This document shows, piece by piece, positions 48,357 to 57,794 of a stretch of DNA of 64,000 bases. The stretch's first letter is position 1. Every line of letters begins with the position of its first letter. The translations under genes and the position numbers were made by a program. Source of the stretch: Escherichia coli (lineage in GTDB: Bacteria > Pseudomonadota > Gammaproteobacteria > Enterobacterales > Enterobacteriaceae); assembly GCF_013315695.1 (NCBI RefSeq), contig NZ_CP054353.1. One strand, given 5' to 3'. The notes below the pieces were generated by a model that worked only from the letters and a program-made list of their open reading frames with translations, had not been told where the DNA came from and searched no databases.

Positions 48357-48553
48357 AACTGCACCGTCTCCCGTGTTTTTTTCTCTTCCTGCTCCGGTAA
48401 TTCCACTTCCTGTCCGGCCTCCAGAAAAATCTGTCCGCACAGCCCCGGATTGGCGGCCAGCACCTTTTCGGTCACGCCCTGCGTTGTGCCGTAGTGCCGG
48501 AAGCACAGCAGGTCAACGGTGTCGTCCTGTAATGCCTTCACCTTCATCAGCAC
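48347..48553 (-). CDS. tail protein gpX-like (LysM-like)
   Basis: ..ALQDDTVDLLCFRHYG.T.GV.E.VLAANPGL.. matches the remembered P2 X. Confidence 0.8.
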   Translation of the reverse strand: MLMKVKALQDDTVDLLCFRHYGTTQGVTEKVLAANPGLCGQIFLEAGQEVELPEQEEKKTRETVQLWD

Positions 48554-49041
48554 AGCCTCGCAAAGATGCGCGGTGCGCCCTGAATATCGGCAATGGCCCA
48601 GCGCACGTCGCGCCAGAGGTCACCGGTCTGGGCTTCCAGTGCGTCCGCTTTCCGGTCGCCCTGTTCGGTGGTGTCCACATCGCGCACGCGCTCCAGTATC
48701 AGGGCGCGGGTGGCGGCATACACCGCAAGACGGAAGCGGTGCACGTTGACGCTTTCGCCGTTCACGCGGGAAGCCGGAACGTCCGCCAGCGTGCGGTATC
48801 CGTCATTCATCTGCTGCGTCTGCCAGTTGCGCAGCTCACCGGTGACGTGTGCCACGGCTTCGGTTGCCGCGTGCATCAGGCGCGACGTGGTGGTGCGACC
48901 GGGCAGGCGCACGGCAAGACGCAGCGCGCGCAGTTCTGTCTCCGGCCAGAAGTCGTCCGTGGTGATGCGTGCATCACCGTCGTCCGTGTCCGCGACATCC
49001 TCCGTCGCGGCAGTGATACCGGGTTTTGCAATCATGCTCAT
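48547..49041 (-). CDS. head completion/stabilisation protein gpL-like
   Basis: 164 aa, between M and X. Confidence 0.8.
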   Translation of the reverse strand: MSMIAKPGITAATEDVADTDDGDARITTDDFWPETELRALRLAVRLPGRTTTSRLMHAATEAVAHVTGELRNWQTQQMNDGYRTLADVPASRVNGESVNVHRFRLAVYAATRALILERVRDVDTTEQGDRKADALEAQTGDLWRDVRWAIADIQGAPRIFARLC

Positions 49042-49160
49042 GACGAGCCTCCGTTAAAAAGTCAGGCGGTGGGCGAACGGTCAGAAGGTCGCGGAGTTAA
49101 AAAACCAGGTGACCGTTCGCGCCGCCTGTCGCCGGGGCGAAGTCGGTATGCGTGAGAGTC

Positions 49161-49958
49161 TCACGCGGATTTTTTGCTTTTCCGTGTGGCAGTGGCTTTT
49201 GTGGCGCTCTTTTTGCCTGCCTTTTTCGTCACGGTTTTCGCGGTACTTTTGCCTTCCGCGTTGTTCTCCGCACCGTCGGTACTGGTCAGCTTTTTCACTG
49301 CACGGGACAGCGTGGCAATCTCGCGCTTCACGCCCGCGTTCGGGTTCAGGTGCATCGCTTCGCGCAGCAGTTTCAATGATGAAGCCATACTGTCCGCATC
49401 GGTCAGACCACGGCGGGAAAAGGCGCACGCCTTGCAGAGTTTGGCGCGGACCTCGTCCGGCATGTCCCGACCGGCGATAATTTCCTGTAGCGTGTCCAGC
49501 GGGGCGATGTATCCGGACAAATCCGCGTCCTGGTCAGTGCCTGCCAGCGTCAGCACCGGGTTACAGATTTCCTCTGTCAGCAGCGTGGCGGCATCGCGCC
49601 CGAAGCTGTCCGGTGTGCTGAGGTTATGGCGTACCACGTACTCACCGATGCGCAGCGCCAGCGGCAAATCACCGCAGTCAACGGCCCAGACCATGAGGGT
49701 GACTATCACCTCATCCTGGCGTCCGCTGTCGCTCTCGAGCGTGCCGTCAATCCAGCCGGAAAAATCCGGCAGCAGCGTCTTTTTCAGTTCCGCTTTCGCT
49801 GCCTTTGACTGAATGCCTTTCAGTCGTGCCTGTGCCAGTCGCAGGCGATGCAGGATTTGTTCGTGAGCCGTGCGCACCGTCTGTGACTGACTGTCATCGG
49901 TCAGTCCGGCGCGTTGTGCCATCGTGCGCTGAAAATGCGCCTGTGCCGGTGTCAGCAT
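49161..49958 (-). CDS. terminase small/endonuclease subunit gpM-like
   Basis: ..DMPDEVRAKL.K...F.. and a basic Lys-rich C-terminus as in P2 M. 265 aa. Confidence 0.85.
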   Translation of the reverse strand: MLTPAQAHFQRTMAQRAGLTDDSQSQTVRTAHEQILHRLRLAQARLKGIQSKAAKAELKKTLLPDFSGWIDGTLESDSGRQDEVIVTLMVWAVDCGDLPLALRIGEYVVRHNLSTPDSFGRDAATLLTEEICNPVLTLAGTDQDADLSGYIAPLDTLQEIIAGRDMPDEVRAKLCKACAFSRRGLTDADSMASSLKLLREAMHLNPNAGVKREIATLSRAVKKLTSTDGAENNAEGKSTAKTVTKKAGKKSATKATATRKSKKSA

Positions 49959-50007
49959 TGTTCTCTCCTCTTACGGGCGGTCAGCGCCCGCCCGTGGTTC
50001 AGGTAAA

Positions 50008-51069
50008 TCAGTCTTCGTGATGGCTTTCATCAGCCAGTTTCAGCCCCGTGATAAGGGCGCACTTGCCGAAGTCTTCCACCACCCACGCATCGTTGGAGGA
50101 CTGATAGGTTGCGATGCGGTTGTAGTCCGGCTCTTCACGCATCAGACGACGTAATGCTCCCACCTGGTAGTAGATGGACAGGTTGTCGAACGAGGTGATG
50201 AGCAGCGCGTCTTTCGGGAAGAACGGCGCGAGATATACCGGCAGACCACCAATCAGGCGTGAGGAGGTAATCAACTGACCGGCCATCAGTTCCGTGTTCG
50301 GCGCGGCGGCACTCATGGCGTTAATGAGTGGCAGGCGCAGCGTGTTGAACAGGTCGCGTCCCATCATCACCACAAGGTCGGATGAATCCTTGTACCACTC
50401 ATCCAGCAGTGATGAGCGCGCATCCTGTACCAGCGCGTCCGGGTTGTTGTACTTGCCTTTGTAGGTGACGGCGTTGTCCATATCGCGTGCCGTAATGGTG
50501 ACATCAGACATCACGCGCTGGGCTGCATTCTGGCGGATGCTTTCCAGCCAGCCCACGCCACAGTCCTGCAACAGCGGGTTACTGCTGCGGTCGGACTTCA
50601 CGGCGCGGGACGTGCCGTTGAAACCAATCATGATGCGATCAAGGGCGATACGGCGGGCAATCTGCGCGCTGACCCGAGCCTGAAAATCCGGGTGTGCGGA
50701 CCACGCGTCCAGTTGTGCGTAGCTGATAAATGTGTCGTAGTTGACCTGCTCGCAGGCGTACTGGCGTGCCGCCAGCTCGTGGAGTGATGCCGGTTCGCGG
50801 CGCTCACTTGTACTGGTGTTCACACTGGCAGACGGACCGTTGATGCCGATCAGGACTTTTTCGCCTTTCTGGTCGGTCACACCGATGACGTTGATTCTTT
50901 GCAGCAGCTCGTCGCTCTGCTGAATGGCGTTTTCCATGCGCTGCTGCACGGCGGGCTGAACGTTAAAACGCTGAGCAAGCGCTGCGGGAGAAACATTGTT
51001 CATGCCCGCCTGCTGCTGCATATACATCGCCAGAGCGCCACGGGTGGTGGATGAAAGAGTCAGGTTCAT
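50008..51069 (-). CDS. major capsid protein gpN-like
   Basis: 353 aa. Order O-N-M. Confidence 0.9.
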   Translation of the reverse strand: MNLTLSSTTRGALAMYMQQQAGMNNVSPAALAQRFNVQPAVQQRMENAIQQSDELLQRINVIGVTDQKGEKVLIGINGPSASVNTSTSERREPASLHELAARQYACEQVNYDTFISYAQLDAWSAHPDFQARVSAQIARRIALDRIMIGFNGTSRAVKSDRSSNPLLQDCGVGWLESIRQNAAQRVMSDVTITARDMDNAVTYKGKYNNPDALVQDARSSLLDEWYKDSSDLVVMMGRDLFNTLRLPLINAMSAAAPNTELMAGQLITSSRLIGGLPVYLAPFFPKDALLITSFDNLSIYYQVGALRRLMREEPDYNRIATYQSSNDAWVVEDFGKCALITGLKLADESHHED

Positions 51070-51078
51070 GGTTAATCC

Positions 51079-51948
51079 TCAGAAATCACAGGCGGTGTAA
51101 GCAATGCCGCCGCCGGTTACGCCAGTGTGAGCAGGTGCGTCAGCGCCCGTTGCGGAGAAGCGCTGATGCGTGTCGCTGTCCTGTGCCTGTAGCTGCGTAC
51201 GTAGCGTGGTCAGTTCGCGGGTCAGACGGGTGATTTGTGCGCGGTCTTCGTCGCGCTGGCGTTCCTGTGCGTTGAAACGGTCAAGCAGGTCAGCGTGCGC
51301 AGAGGCCACGCGCTCCACAACGTCACGCATCTGCGCAAACTGTTCGCCGTCCGTTTTACGGCTGCCGCTGATGAGGTTCATGACACGCGCGAACCACTGA
51401 ACGCCTTCGTCGTTCTGGCGCTGGTTCAGGGCAATGACGCCAGCCTCAATGGCATCGGTGAAAAACGGCGGCTCACACTGCTGATTGTTAAACGCCATCG
51501 CCTGCGCACGCTGCTGTGCGGCAAACTGCAGACGCTCAGTGCCAAGACTTGCCGGGCTGTCGGTCATCGCCAGTCCCTGAACATACGGTCCGCCCGTGAT
51601 GAATGACTGCGGGTAAAGCTCGATGCTGGCATAAATCTTTTTGCCGTCATCCAGCAGTTTCTTCATGCGTCCGGTGGGTTCAATTTCGGCATACAGCGCC
51701 GTGCGTCCCGCCAGCGGCCCGTCAGTGATGTCTTCTGCGCTCAGTGCCACCACATCCCCCATCGCCGCGAAGGCGCTGTCCGGGTGCGGTGAAAGGATGT
51801 GCTCAACGTTCACACGTGCGCCGTAGACGGACGGGTCATAACTGGCGGCGGCAGCTTTCAGCATGTCGCCACAGATTTCGCGCCCGTCTGAGGTCGTACC
51901 GGAAACGGCCACGCGGAATTTTTTTCGTTCAGGTTTCTTGTCTGCCAT
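51079..51948 (-). CDS. capsid scaffold/protease gpO-like
   Basis: Internal start MADKKPERKKFRVAVSGTTSDGR gives 289 aa. Confidence 0.85.
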   Translation of the reverse strand: MADKKPERKKFRVAVSGTTSDGREICGDMLKAAAASYDPSVYGARVNVEHILSPHPDSAFAAMGDVVALSAEDITDGPLAGRTALYAEIEPTGRMKKLLDDGKKIYASIELYPQSFITGGPYVQGLAMTDSPASLGTERLQFAAQQRAQAMAFNNQQCEPPFFTDAIEAGVIALNQRQNDEGVQWFARVMNLISGSRKTDGEQFAQMRDVVERVASAHADLLDRFNAQERQRDEDRAQITRLTRELTTLRTQLQAQDSDTHQRFSATGADAPAHTGVTGGGIAYTACDF

Positions 51949-52013
51949 ACGGCCTCCTCGAATATCGTTGTGCTCATGATGACGCGCCCTGCGGCCCGCG
52001 CTCAACGCGGCGT

Positions 52014-52039
52014 TGTTGTCGGAGAACCGCCAGAACAGG
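52014..52039 (+). promoter_or_regulatory. candidate Ogr-dependent late promoter element (copy 2)
   Basis: tgttgtcggagaaccgccagaacagg in the O/P divergent spacer. See copy 1. Confidence 0.35.
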
Positions 52040-52087
52040 AACAGGAAGCGCAGACGGGACGCGCGCGGGTAGCCTGTATGACAGGAG

Positions 52088-53842
52088 GTGACAGACGGCA
52101 TGATTCAGGACGCATTCATCAGGCTGCGGGCAAAACAGCTTTACTGGCAGGGTTACCCGCCCGCTGAAATATCGCGGCTGATGGGTATCAGTCAGAACAC
52201 GATTTATTCGTGGAAAAAGCGCGACGGATGGGATGAAACGCCGCCCGTGGAGCGGGTCACGCAGTCGATTGATGCGCGACTGGTTCAGCTGACCTCAAAA
52301 GCTGAAAAGAGCGGCGGTGATTTTAAGGAAATCGACCTGCTGACACGCCAGCTCGCAAAACTGAATGACAACAGGGGTGGAGCGGAAAAAAGCCCGCGAA
52401 AACGAAAGCTGAAAAACCATTTTTCCGAATCGCAGGTTGCCGCACTGCGCGAACACATCACCGGTCAACTGGCAGAGCATCAGCGACGCTGGTATGAGGC
52501 GCTGGAAGTCTGCCGTCGTGCCGGTGTTGATATTCGCATCATTGTGAAATCCCGACAGATAGGCGCGACCTGGTATTTTGCGCAGGAGGCACTGCTGCGT
52601 GCGCTGGATGAGAGCGTGAAATATCCGTACCAGCGAAACCAGATTTTTTTGTCAGCCTCGCGCCGTCAGGCTTTTCAGTTTAAAGGCGTGATTCAGAAGG
52701 CGGCACAGGCTGTGGATGTCGAGCTGAAAGGCGGTGACAAAATTGTGCTTTCCAACGGCGCGGAACTGCATTTTCTGGGGACATCCGCCGCGAGTGCACA
52801 GTCATACACGGGCAATCTGTATTTTGACGAATTTTTCTGGGTGTCGAACTTCATCACGCTGCGCAAGGTGGCAGGTGCGATGGCCACGCTGAATGGCCTG
52901 ACGCAGACCTACTTTTCCACGCCGTCATCGGAGATGCACGAGGCGTTTCAGTTCTGGAACGGCGCGCGGTGGAATGCCGGGCGACCACGCAGTGAGCGCA
53001 GGGAGATTGATGTGTCCCACCGCGCCCTGAAGAGTGGAGTGCTGTGCCCCGACAGTGCGTGGCGGCAAATCGTGACGATTCAGGATGCAGTGGACCTGGG
53101 CTGGACGCTCACCAGTATCGACAAAATCCGCAACATGAACTCGCCGGATGAGTTCCGCAATCTCTACATGTGCGAGTTTGTCAGCGACGGCGAATCCGCC
53201 TTCGACCTTAATGCCCTGCTGGGCTGTGGCGTGGATGGCTATGACGAGTGGAATGACTGGAAACCGTTCGCAGCACGTCCGGTGGGTAATCGTCCGGTGT
53301 GGATTGGCTACGACGCTAACGGCAGCAGCGGTAACGGCGACAGCGGGGCGCTGTCTGTTGTTGTACCGCCTGCTGTCAGGGGCGGCAAATTCCGCACGGT
53401 GGAGACGTTGCAGGTGCAGGGGCTGGAATTTGAAGAGCAGGCCCGTGTGATTGAACAGTTCACGCACAAATACAACGTCCAGCATATTGGTATCGACGTG
53501 ACCGGCGGTAACGGCGAGGCGGTGTACCAGATAGTGCGGCGGTTCTGGCCTGCCGCCGTACCGTACACGTTCACGCTGGCATCCAAACGCGCGCTTGTGC
53601 TGAAGATGTTGCAGATTATTCGTGCGGGGCGCTGGGAGTATGACCGGGGCGAACGTGAGCTGGTCAGGGCATTCAACGCCGTGCGCAAGGCAAAAACGGC
53701 GGGCGGCGCAATAACGTATGAAACAGACCGCACGCGCGGCGTAAACCACGGCGACCTCGCGTGGGCAACCATGCTTGCCGTCATTAACGAGCCGCTGGGC
53801 GATGAGGACGGTGCAACAGGAATGCGGGTGATTGAGTTCTGA
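52088..53842 (+). CDS. terminase large (ATPase) subunit gpP-like
   Basis: 584 aa, divergent from O and followed by the portal gene, as in P2. Confidence 0.9.
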   Translation: MTDGMIQDAFIRLRAKQLYWQGYPPAEISRLMGISQNTIYSWKKRDGWDETPPVERVTQSIDARLVQLTSKAEKSGGDFKEIDLLTRQLAKLNDNRGGAEKSPRKRKLKNHFSESQVAALREHITGQLAEHQRRWYEALEVCRRAGVDIRIIVKSRQIGATWYFAQEALLRALDESVKYPYQRNQIFLSASRRQAFQFKGVIQKAAQAVDVELKGGDKIVLSNGAELHFLGTSAASAQSYTGNLYFDEFFWVSNFITLRKVAGAMATLNGLTQTYFSTPSSEMHEAFQFWNGARWNAGRPRSERREIDVSHRALKSGVLCPDSAWRQIVTIQDAVDLGWTLTSIDKIRNMNSPDEFRNLYMCEFVSDGESAFDLNALLGCGVDGYDEWNDWKPFAARPVGNRPVWIGYDANGSSGNGDSGALSVVVPPAVRGGKFRTVETLQVQGLEFEEQARVIEQFTHKYNVQHIGIDVTGGNGEAVYQIVRRFWPAAVPYTFTLASKRALVLKMLQIIRAGRWEYDRGERELVRAFNAVRKAKTAGGAITYETDRTRGVNHGDLAWATMLAVINEPLGDEDGATGMRVIEF

Positions 53843-54891
53843 TGAAAAAACAAAAACGAAAATATACCCGCCGCGATGACGGCGTGGAGCTGGCAGAGGC
53901 ACTGCGCCGCCAGCCGTCGTTAAGCGCCTTCTCGTTCGATGGCCCTTACGATGCGCACGCGCTCGACCTGCTGGATAACGCATACTGCCTGAGTAACGGC
54001 AGATACTATGAAACGCCCGTTGACTGGTACGGGCTGGCGCGGGCATCCCGGCAGACCTCGTGGCATCAGTCGGCGCTGTACTTCAAACGAAATGCCATTC
54101 TGGGCTGCTTCATTCCGCACCGGCTGTTGTCCCGGCAGGCGTTCTCCGCCTTTGCGCTGGACTGGTTTGTCTTCGGGAATGCGTTTCTTGAACTGCGTAC
54201 CAACAGGCTGGGCGGAAAACTGGAACTGCGCCATGCCCTGGCAAAATACGTCCGTCGTGGTGTTGAGCCGGATGTGTACTGGTTTGTGCAGACGGGCGAG
54301 CAGGAGCACGAGTTCCGTCAGGGGCGCGTCTGTCATGTGCTGAACCCTGACATCAACCAGGAGATGTACGGAATGCCGGAATATCTCGGCGGCCTGTTGT
54401 CTGCCAGTCTGTCGCATTCGGCAGATCGTTTTCGCAAACTCTACTATGACAACGGTTCACACGCAGGCTGCATTATTTACGTGGGAGCAGCACAGGTTGA
54501 CCGCGAAAGCATGCAGGCGCTCGAAAGAGCGTTGCAGGGCGCAAGAGGCGGTGGGGCATTCAAAAACCTGCTGCTCCAGGCACCGAACGGCGGGAAGGAC
54601 GGTGTGCAAATCCTGCCGTTCCAGCAGATCACCGCCCGGGATGAGTTTATGAACGTCAAGGCTGCCTCCCGCGATGATGTGCTGGCTGCTCACCGCGTAC
54701 CACCACAACTGATGGGCGCAATGCCCAGCGGACAGGGGTCATTTGGTGATGTGGAGAAGGCGGCAAGAGTGTTTGCGATCAACGAACTGATGCCGGTGAT
54801 GGAGGCGATGAAGCACGTTAATGACTGGCTGGGCGAGGAGGTGATCCGCTTTAACCCTTACGCACTGCTGGATACCCCGCCCACATCCTGA
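53842..54891 (+). CDS. portal protein gpQ-like
   Basis: 349 aa. ATGA-coupled to P. Confidence 0.9.
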   Translation: MKKQKRKYTRRDDGVELAEALRRQPSLSAFSFDGPYDAHALDLLDNAYCLSNGRYYETPVDWYGLARASRQTSWHQSALYFKRNAILGCFIPHRLLSRQAFSAFALDWFVFGNAFLELRTNRLGGKLELRHALAKYVRRGVEPDVYWFVQTGEQEHEFRQGRVCHVLNPDINQEMYGMPEYLGGLLSASLSHSADRFRKLYYDNGSHAGCIIYVGAAQVDRESMQALERALQGARGGGAFKNLLLQAPNGGKDGVQILPFQQITARDEFMNVKAASRDDVLAAHRVPPQLMGAMPSGQGSFGDVEKAARVFAINELMPVMEAMKHVNDWLGEEVIRFNPYALLDTPPTS

Positions 54892-54918
54892 CGCGCTCCG
54901 CTTGTCTGCTGCTTCGCC

Positions 54919-54941
54919 GGGGCATAAAAAATTTATGCCCC
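54919..54941 (+). other. 10-bp hairpin after the portal gene
   Basis: ggggcataaa-aaa-tttatgcccc. Confidence 0.6.
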
Positions 54942-55169
54942 GACTCACCAGCTCCGGTGTGTCACGCACCAGGCATCTCAGGGATCTACCAGGTTGAATA
55001 ACCTGTCAGCACACGCCGCACCAAAGCGCATCACAGGGCGTGTGATGCATCAGCCCATACTTCACACACAACCAATAAAACATCGCGTCAGGGGCGCAAT
55101 CAGCCGCATTTCTGGCGATTTCTGAGGGTGCTTTCAGACCCCAAATTGCGGGCTGTTCCCCGGCACCTG

Positions 55170-55300
55170 CGCGCAGAAAAAACGCGTTTTTTTGTGCACG
55201 CACGGATCCTTGACGGATCCAGCCGCCACGGGGGCCGGAAGGGCAAAAAGTCGTTCAAAAAAATTGTGCAAATTTGTGCACTATTGTGCAGTAGAGCGAT
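55170..55300. other. presumed cos / packaging-site region with repeats
   Basis: Position after Q as in P2. agCCGCCACGggggccggaagggc loosely resembles the complement of the remembered 186/P2 cohesive ends. Palindrome a6cgcgt7. acggatcc x2. TTGTGCA x4. Confidence 0.3.
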
Positions 55301-55449
55301 ACATGATTTTCGCCTTTATTTCAGTGTGTTCAGGTGGTCATTCTCAATACCCATTTGGTGAGAGACAGGAATAAAAATGATCTTTATCAGTAGGTTATGT
55401 GTGTGATTAAATTAGATGCAGCACGTTTAGTCCCCAGAACCCAAGACCA

Positions 55450-56256
55450 ATGAAAGATAACAATCAGAAAAAAATGATATGGCATGTTGCCTGTGATGAA
55501 TCTGGCGTTGATGGGCAGCCATTCTACGGGTTTGGGAGTCTCTGGATGAGCTATCAGAGGCGCGCTGAACTCACTCGCATGGTACAGGATTTGAGAAAAA
55601 AGCATGGATGCAGTGATGAGCTCAAATGGCAGAAAGCACATTCAAAGCGTAATGCAGCTTTTTATAGCGACGTCATTGATGTGTTTTTTAGGCACAACTG
55701 GATGGCTTTTCACTGTATTATTGTTGAGAAGTCTAAAGTAGAAAAATCATATCATGGTGGGGATTATGATCTTGCAATGCGTAAGCATTTTTGCAAGCTT
55801 ATTGAAACAAAAATAGGTAACGTGATCCAAAGGTGGCCTCATGCGGAATGTGAGTTCCTTATAGAAGTTGATCCCCTGCCATCTCGTTACAAAAAAGCCG
55901 ATGAAGAGTTTCACATAATTGCCAACCATTCTCTGGCCCGAAAGTATGGGCGCAAGGACATAATTAAACTAGTTGAAACAAAAGACTCAAAAACATCGGA
56001 ACATATTCAGCTTGTCGATTTTTTATTAGGGGCTGTAATGTGTGCATATCAAAGGAAAGCCACTTCTCCAGCGAAACTGGCTATGGCAGAGAAAATCGCT
56101 TCTTATCTTGGGTGGGAATCATTACGGCACGATACCTGGCCGACAGAGCGAAAATTCAATATCTGGTTGTTTTTTGATAAAAAGAAGGGGCCAAGAGATA
56201 TTGAAACGAAAGAGGTTAATTTGCGATATAAATTACCCCCTTTGCGTAAAAAATAG
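55450..56256 (+). CDS. DUF3800-like protein (268 aa), function unknown
   Basis: N-terminal MIWHVACDESGVDG and C-terminal IQLVDFLLGAVMCAY resemble the two hallmark motifs I recall for DUF3800. Visibly AT-rich compared with flanking phage genes. Opposite strand to the early operon. Confidence 0.7.
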   Translation: MKDNNQKKMIWHVACDESGVDGQPFYGFGSLWMSYQRRAELTRMVQDLRKKHGCSDELKWQKAHSKRNAAFYSDVIDVFFRHNWMAFHCIIVEKSKVEKSYHGGDYDLAMRKHFCKLIETKIGNVIQRWPHAECEFLIEVDPLPSRYKKADEEFHIIANHSLARKYGRKDIIKLVETKDSKTSEHIQLVDFLLGAVMCAYQRKATSPAKLAMAEKIASYLGWESLRHDTWPTERKFNIWLFFDKKKGPRDIETKEVNLRYKLPPLRKK

Positions 56257-56487
56257 CGCCAACCTCTCAGCTGGCGTGGTTGGAGTCCCAGTCTGACGAC
56301 GAAGTTACCAACTAGGCGGTATCAACTTTTGGGGGGCCGCCTCTAAATCCCCAAAACCTTGAAATCTGCGTAAAACATAACGTTGAAAACGTTTAAATTC
56401 AATAAATTTTTCTGTGAATCGGGGCGTCTATATCCGCCCCTCTTAAGTTTAGCTTCACTTCCCCTGGGGATGCTTCACCGTATTGCC

Positions 56488-56799
56488 TTATTCGGGGAAT
56501 AACGCCCTGATATTTCCGGCCATCTGATTGGTTATCTGTGCGGTTGGTACTGGCTGTGACACGGGGCGTTCTGTCCTGGTTTGTGTCACGGATAACGCCT
56601 CATCGTCAGCCCATGCAGCCAGTCGGTGAGCCTCTGCTGGATTCATTTTCAGAAGTGCCAGCCCGGCCAGAAAAGCCACGCGTTGGCCGCTTTTGCGGGC
56701 TTCTGGTGTAAGGCTGTCCAGCCAGGCGCATGCTTCGCTTTCGTTCTTGACGGCCGCAGGCTTCAGATAGAAACTTATCCGTCTGGTTGGTGTCGTCAT
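56488..56799 (-). CDS. parR: ParR-like centromere-binding protein (103 aa)
   Basis: The internal start MTTPTRRISFYLKPAAVKNESEACAWLDSLTPEARKSGQRVAFLAGLALLKMNP lies 4 nt after the parM stop. Compare R1 ParR ..RRTIAFKLNPDV...LDSIPQGERS..AALTAGLALYRQNP (from memory). Confidence 0.75.
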   Translation of the reverse strand: MTTPTRRISFYLKPAAVKNESEACAWLDSLTPEARKSGQRVAFLAGLALLKMNPAEAHRLAAWADDEALSVTQTRTERPVSQPVPTAQITNQMAGNIRALFPE

Positions 56800-56803
56800 T
56801 GGT

Positions 56804-57763
56804 TTACTCCTTGTCCATTGCGTACAGCCCATTAACCAGAGCAAACTGTGGCACCCCGTCCGCGATGAAAGTCGCATTAACTCCGCAGGCTTCGCGGATA
56901 GCGGGTGCCACAATCTCCGCCCCTCCACCGACAACCATCACCCGCCCATAACCCGAAAAACCCGCCAGCGCGCGGATCACGCGTTGTTTCAGTGTTTCTT
57001 CCTTTTCACGAATAACCGCCATCAGGCTGTCGTAATGCGCGTCATTGTGGATGTGCTGGCGCAGCCAGGCTTCATCATGGCGATGTTCGATAATGGTATT
57101 GGCGATATGGTGGCTGGTACGCATACCGTTAGTGGCCATCACCGACAGTACGGCATCGGCCATCAGAGAAACGCCTACGTGTGGATCGCAAAACACCTGG
57201 CTGATACCTGCCAGTTGTCCCTGAACCTTTGCCACATCCAGCGTGGTTCCGCCCAAATCCACAATCAGCAGTGATTCAAACGGACTCATGTCAGCCAGTG
57301 CCTTAAAGCCAGCCGGAATGGATTCAGGCATAACCCGTACGTTACGGATAGTGAATGCTTCGCCGTTCTGGTACTCCACCGGGCGCATAACGTTCGCTTT
57401 TTTGCGGTTGATGTTGGCCATGTCCGGCTGTGCGTTTGTGTCGAAATACTCGCTCAGTGGCAGGGTGACAACCACATCCACCTCCTGTGGCGTGATGCCT
57501 GATTTGACCAGCGCGTGATGAATGGCAATGACATTCACATCGCTGTACTGGTATTGCGTGTCGGTCGTCTGGACAAAGCGATCGCTGACCGGATCAAAAC
57601 CATAGCGCACGCCATCAAGCATGTAGTTCGCGGGCTGCGTGCCACCGAACGGCGCAGACCATTCCGACTTGAAGCTGTTCGGGCTGATGGCGTTGCGGCG
57701 TTCGCCGTTCTCAGTCCATGCCAGCTTGATGTTGGTGGAGCCGTCGTCGATACAAATTTTCAT
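56804..57763 (-). CDS. parM: ParM-like actin-family segregation ATPase (319 aa)
   Basis: MKICIDDGSTNIKLAW.., LIVDLGGTTLDV, VMVVGGGAEIV (phosphate-1, phosphate-2 and adenosine motifs). Collinear by eye with plasmid R1 ParM over the whole length. Confidence 0.9.
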   Translation of the reverse strand: MKICIDDGSTNIKLAWTENGERRNAISPNSFKSEWSAPFGGTQPANYMLDGVRYGFDPVSDRFVQTTDTQYQYSDVNVIAIHHALVKSGITPQEVDVVVTLPLSEYFDTNAQPDMANINRKKANVMRPVEYQNGEAFTIRNVRVMPESIPAGFKALADMSPFESLLIVDLGGTTLDVAKVQGQLAGISQVFCDPHVGVSLMADAVLSVMATNGMRTSHHIANTIIEHRHDEAWLRQHIHNDAHYDSLMAVIREKEETLKQRVIRALAGFSGYGRVMVVGGGAEIVAPAIREACGVNATFIADGVPQFALVNGLYAMDKE

Positions 57764-57794
57764 GTCGCTTTTCCTTATGTTGATTAATTAATCG

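Noticed and set aside
47006-48506. Lysis cassette (holin, SAR-type GH24 endolysin, embedded spanins) as something unusual
   Set aside because: The holin/endolysin/overlapping Rz-Rz1-type architecture and ATGA couplings are standard for P2-like and lambdoid phages. It is recorded as features only.
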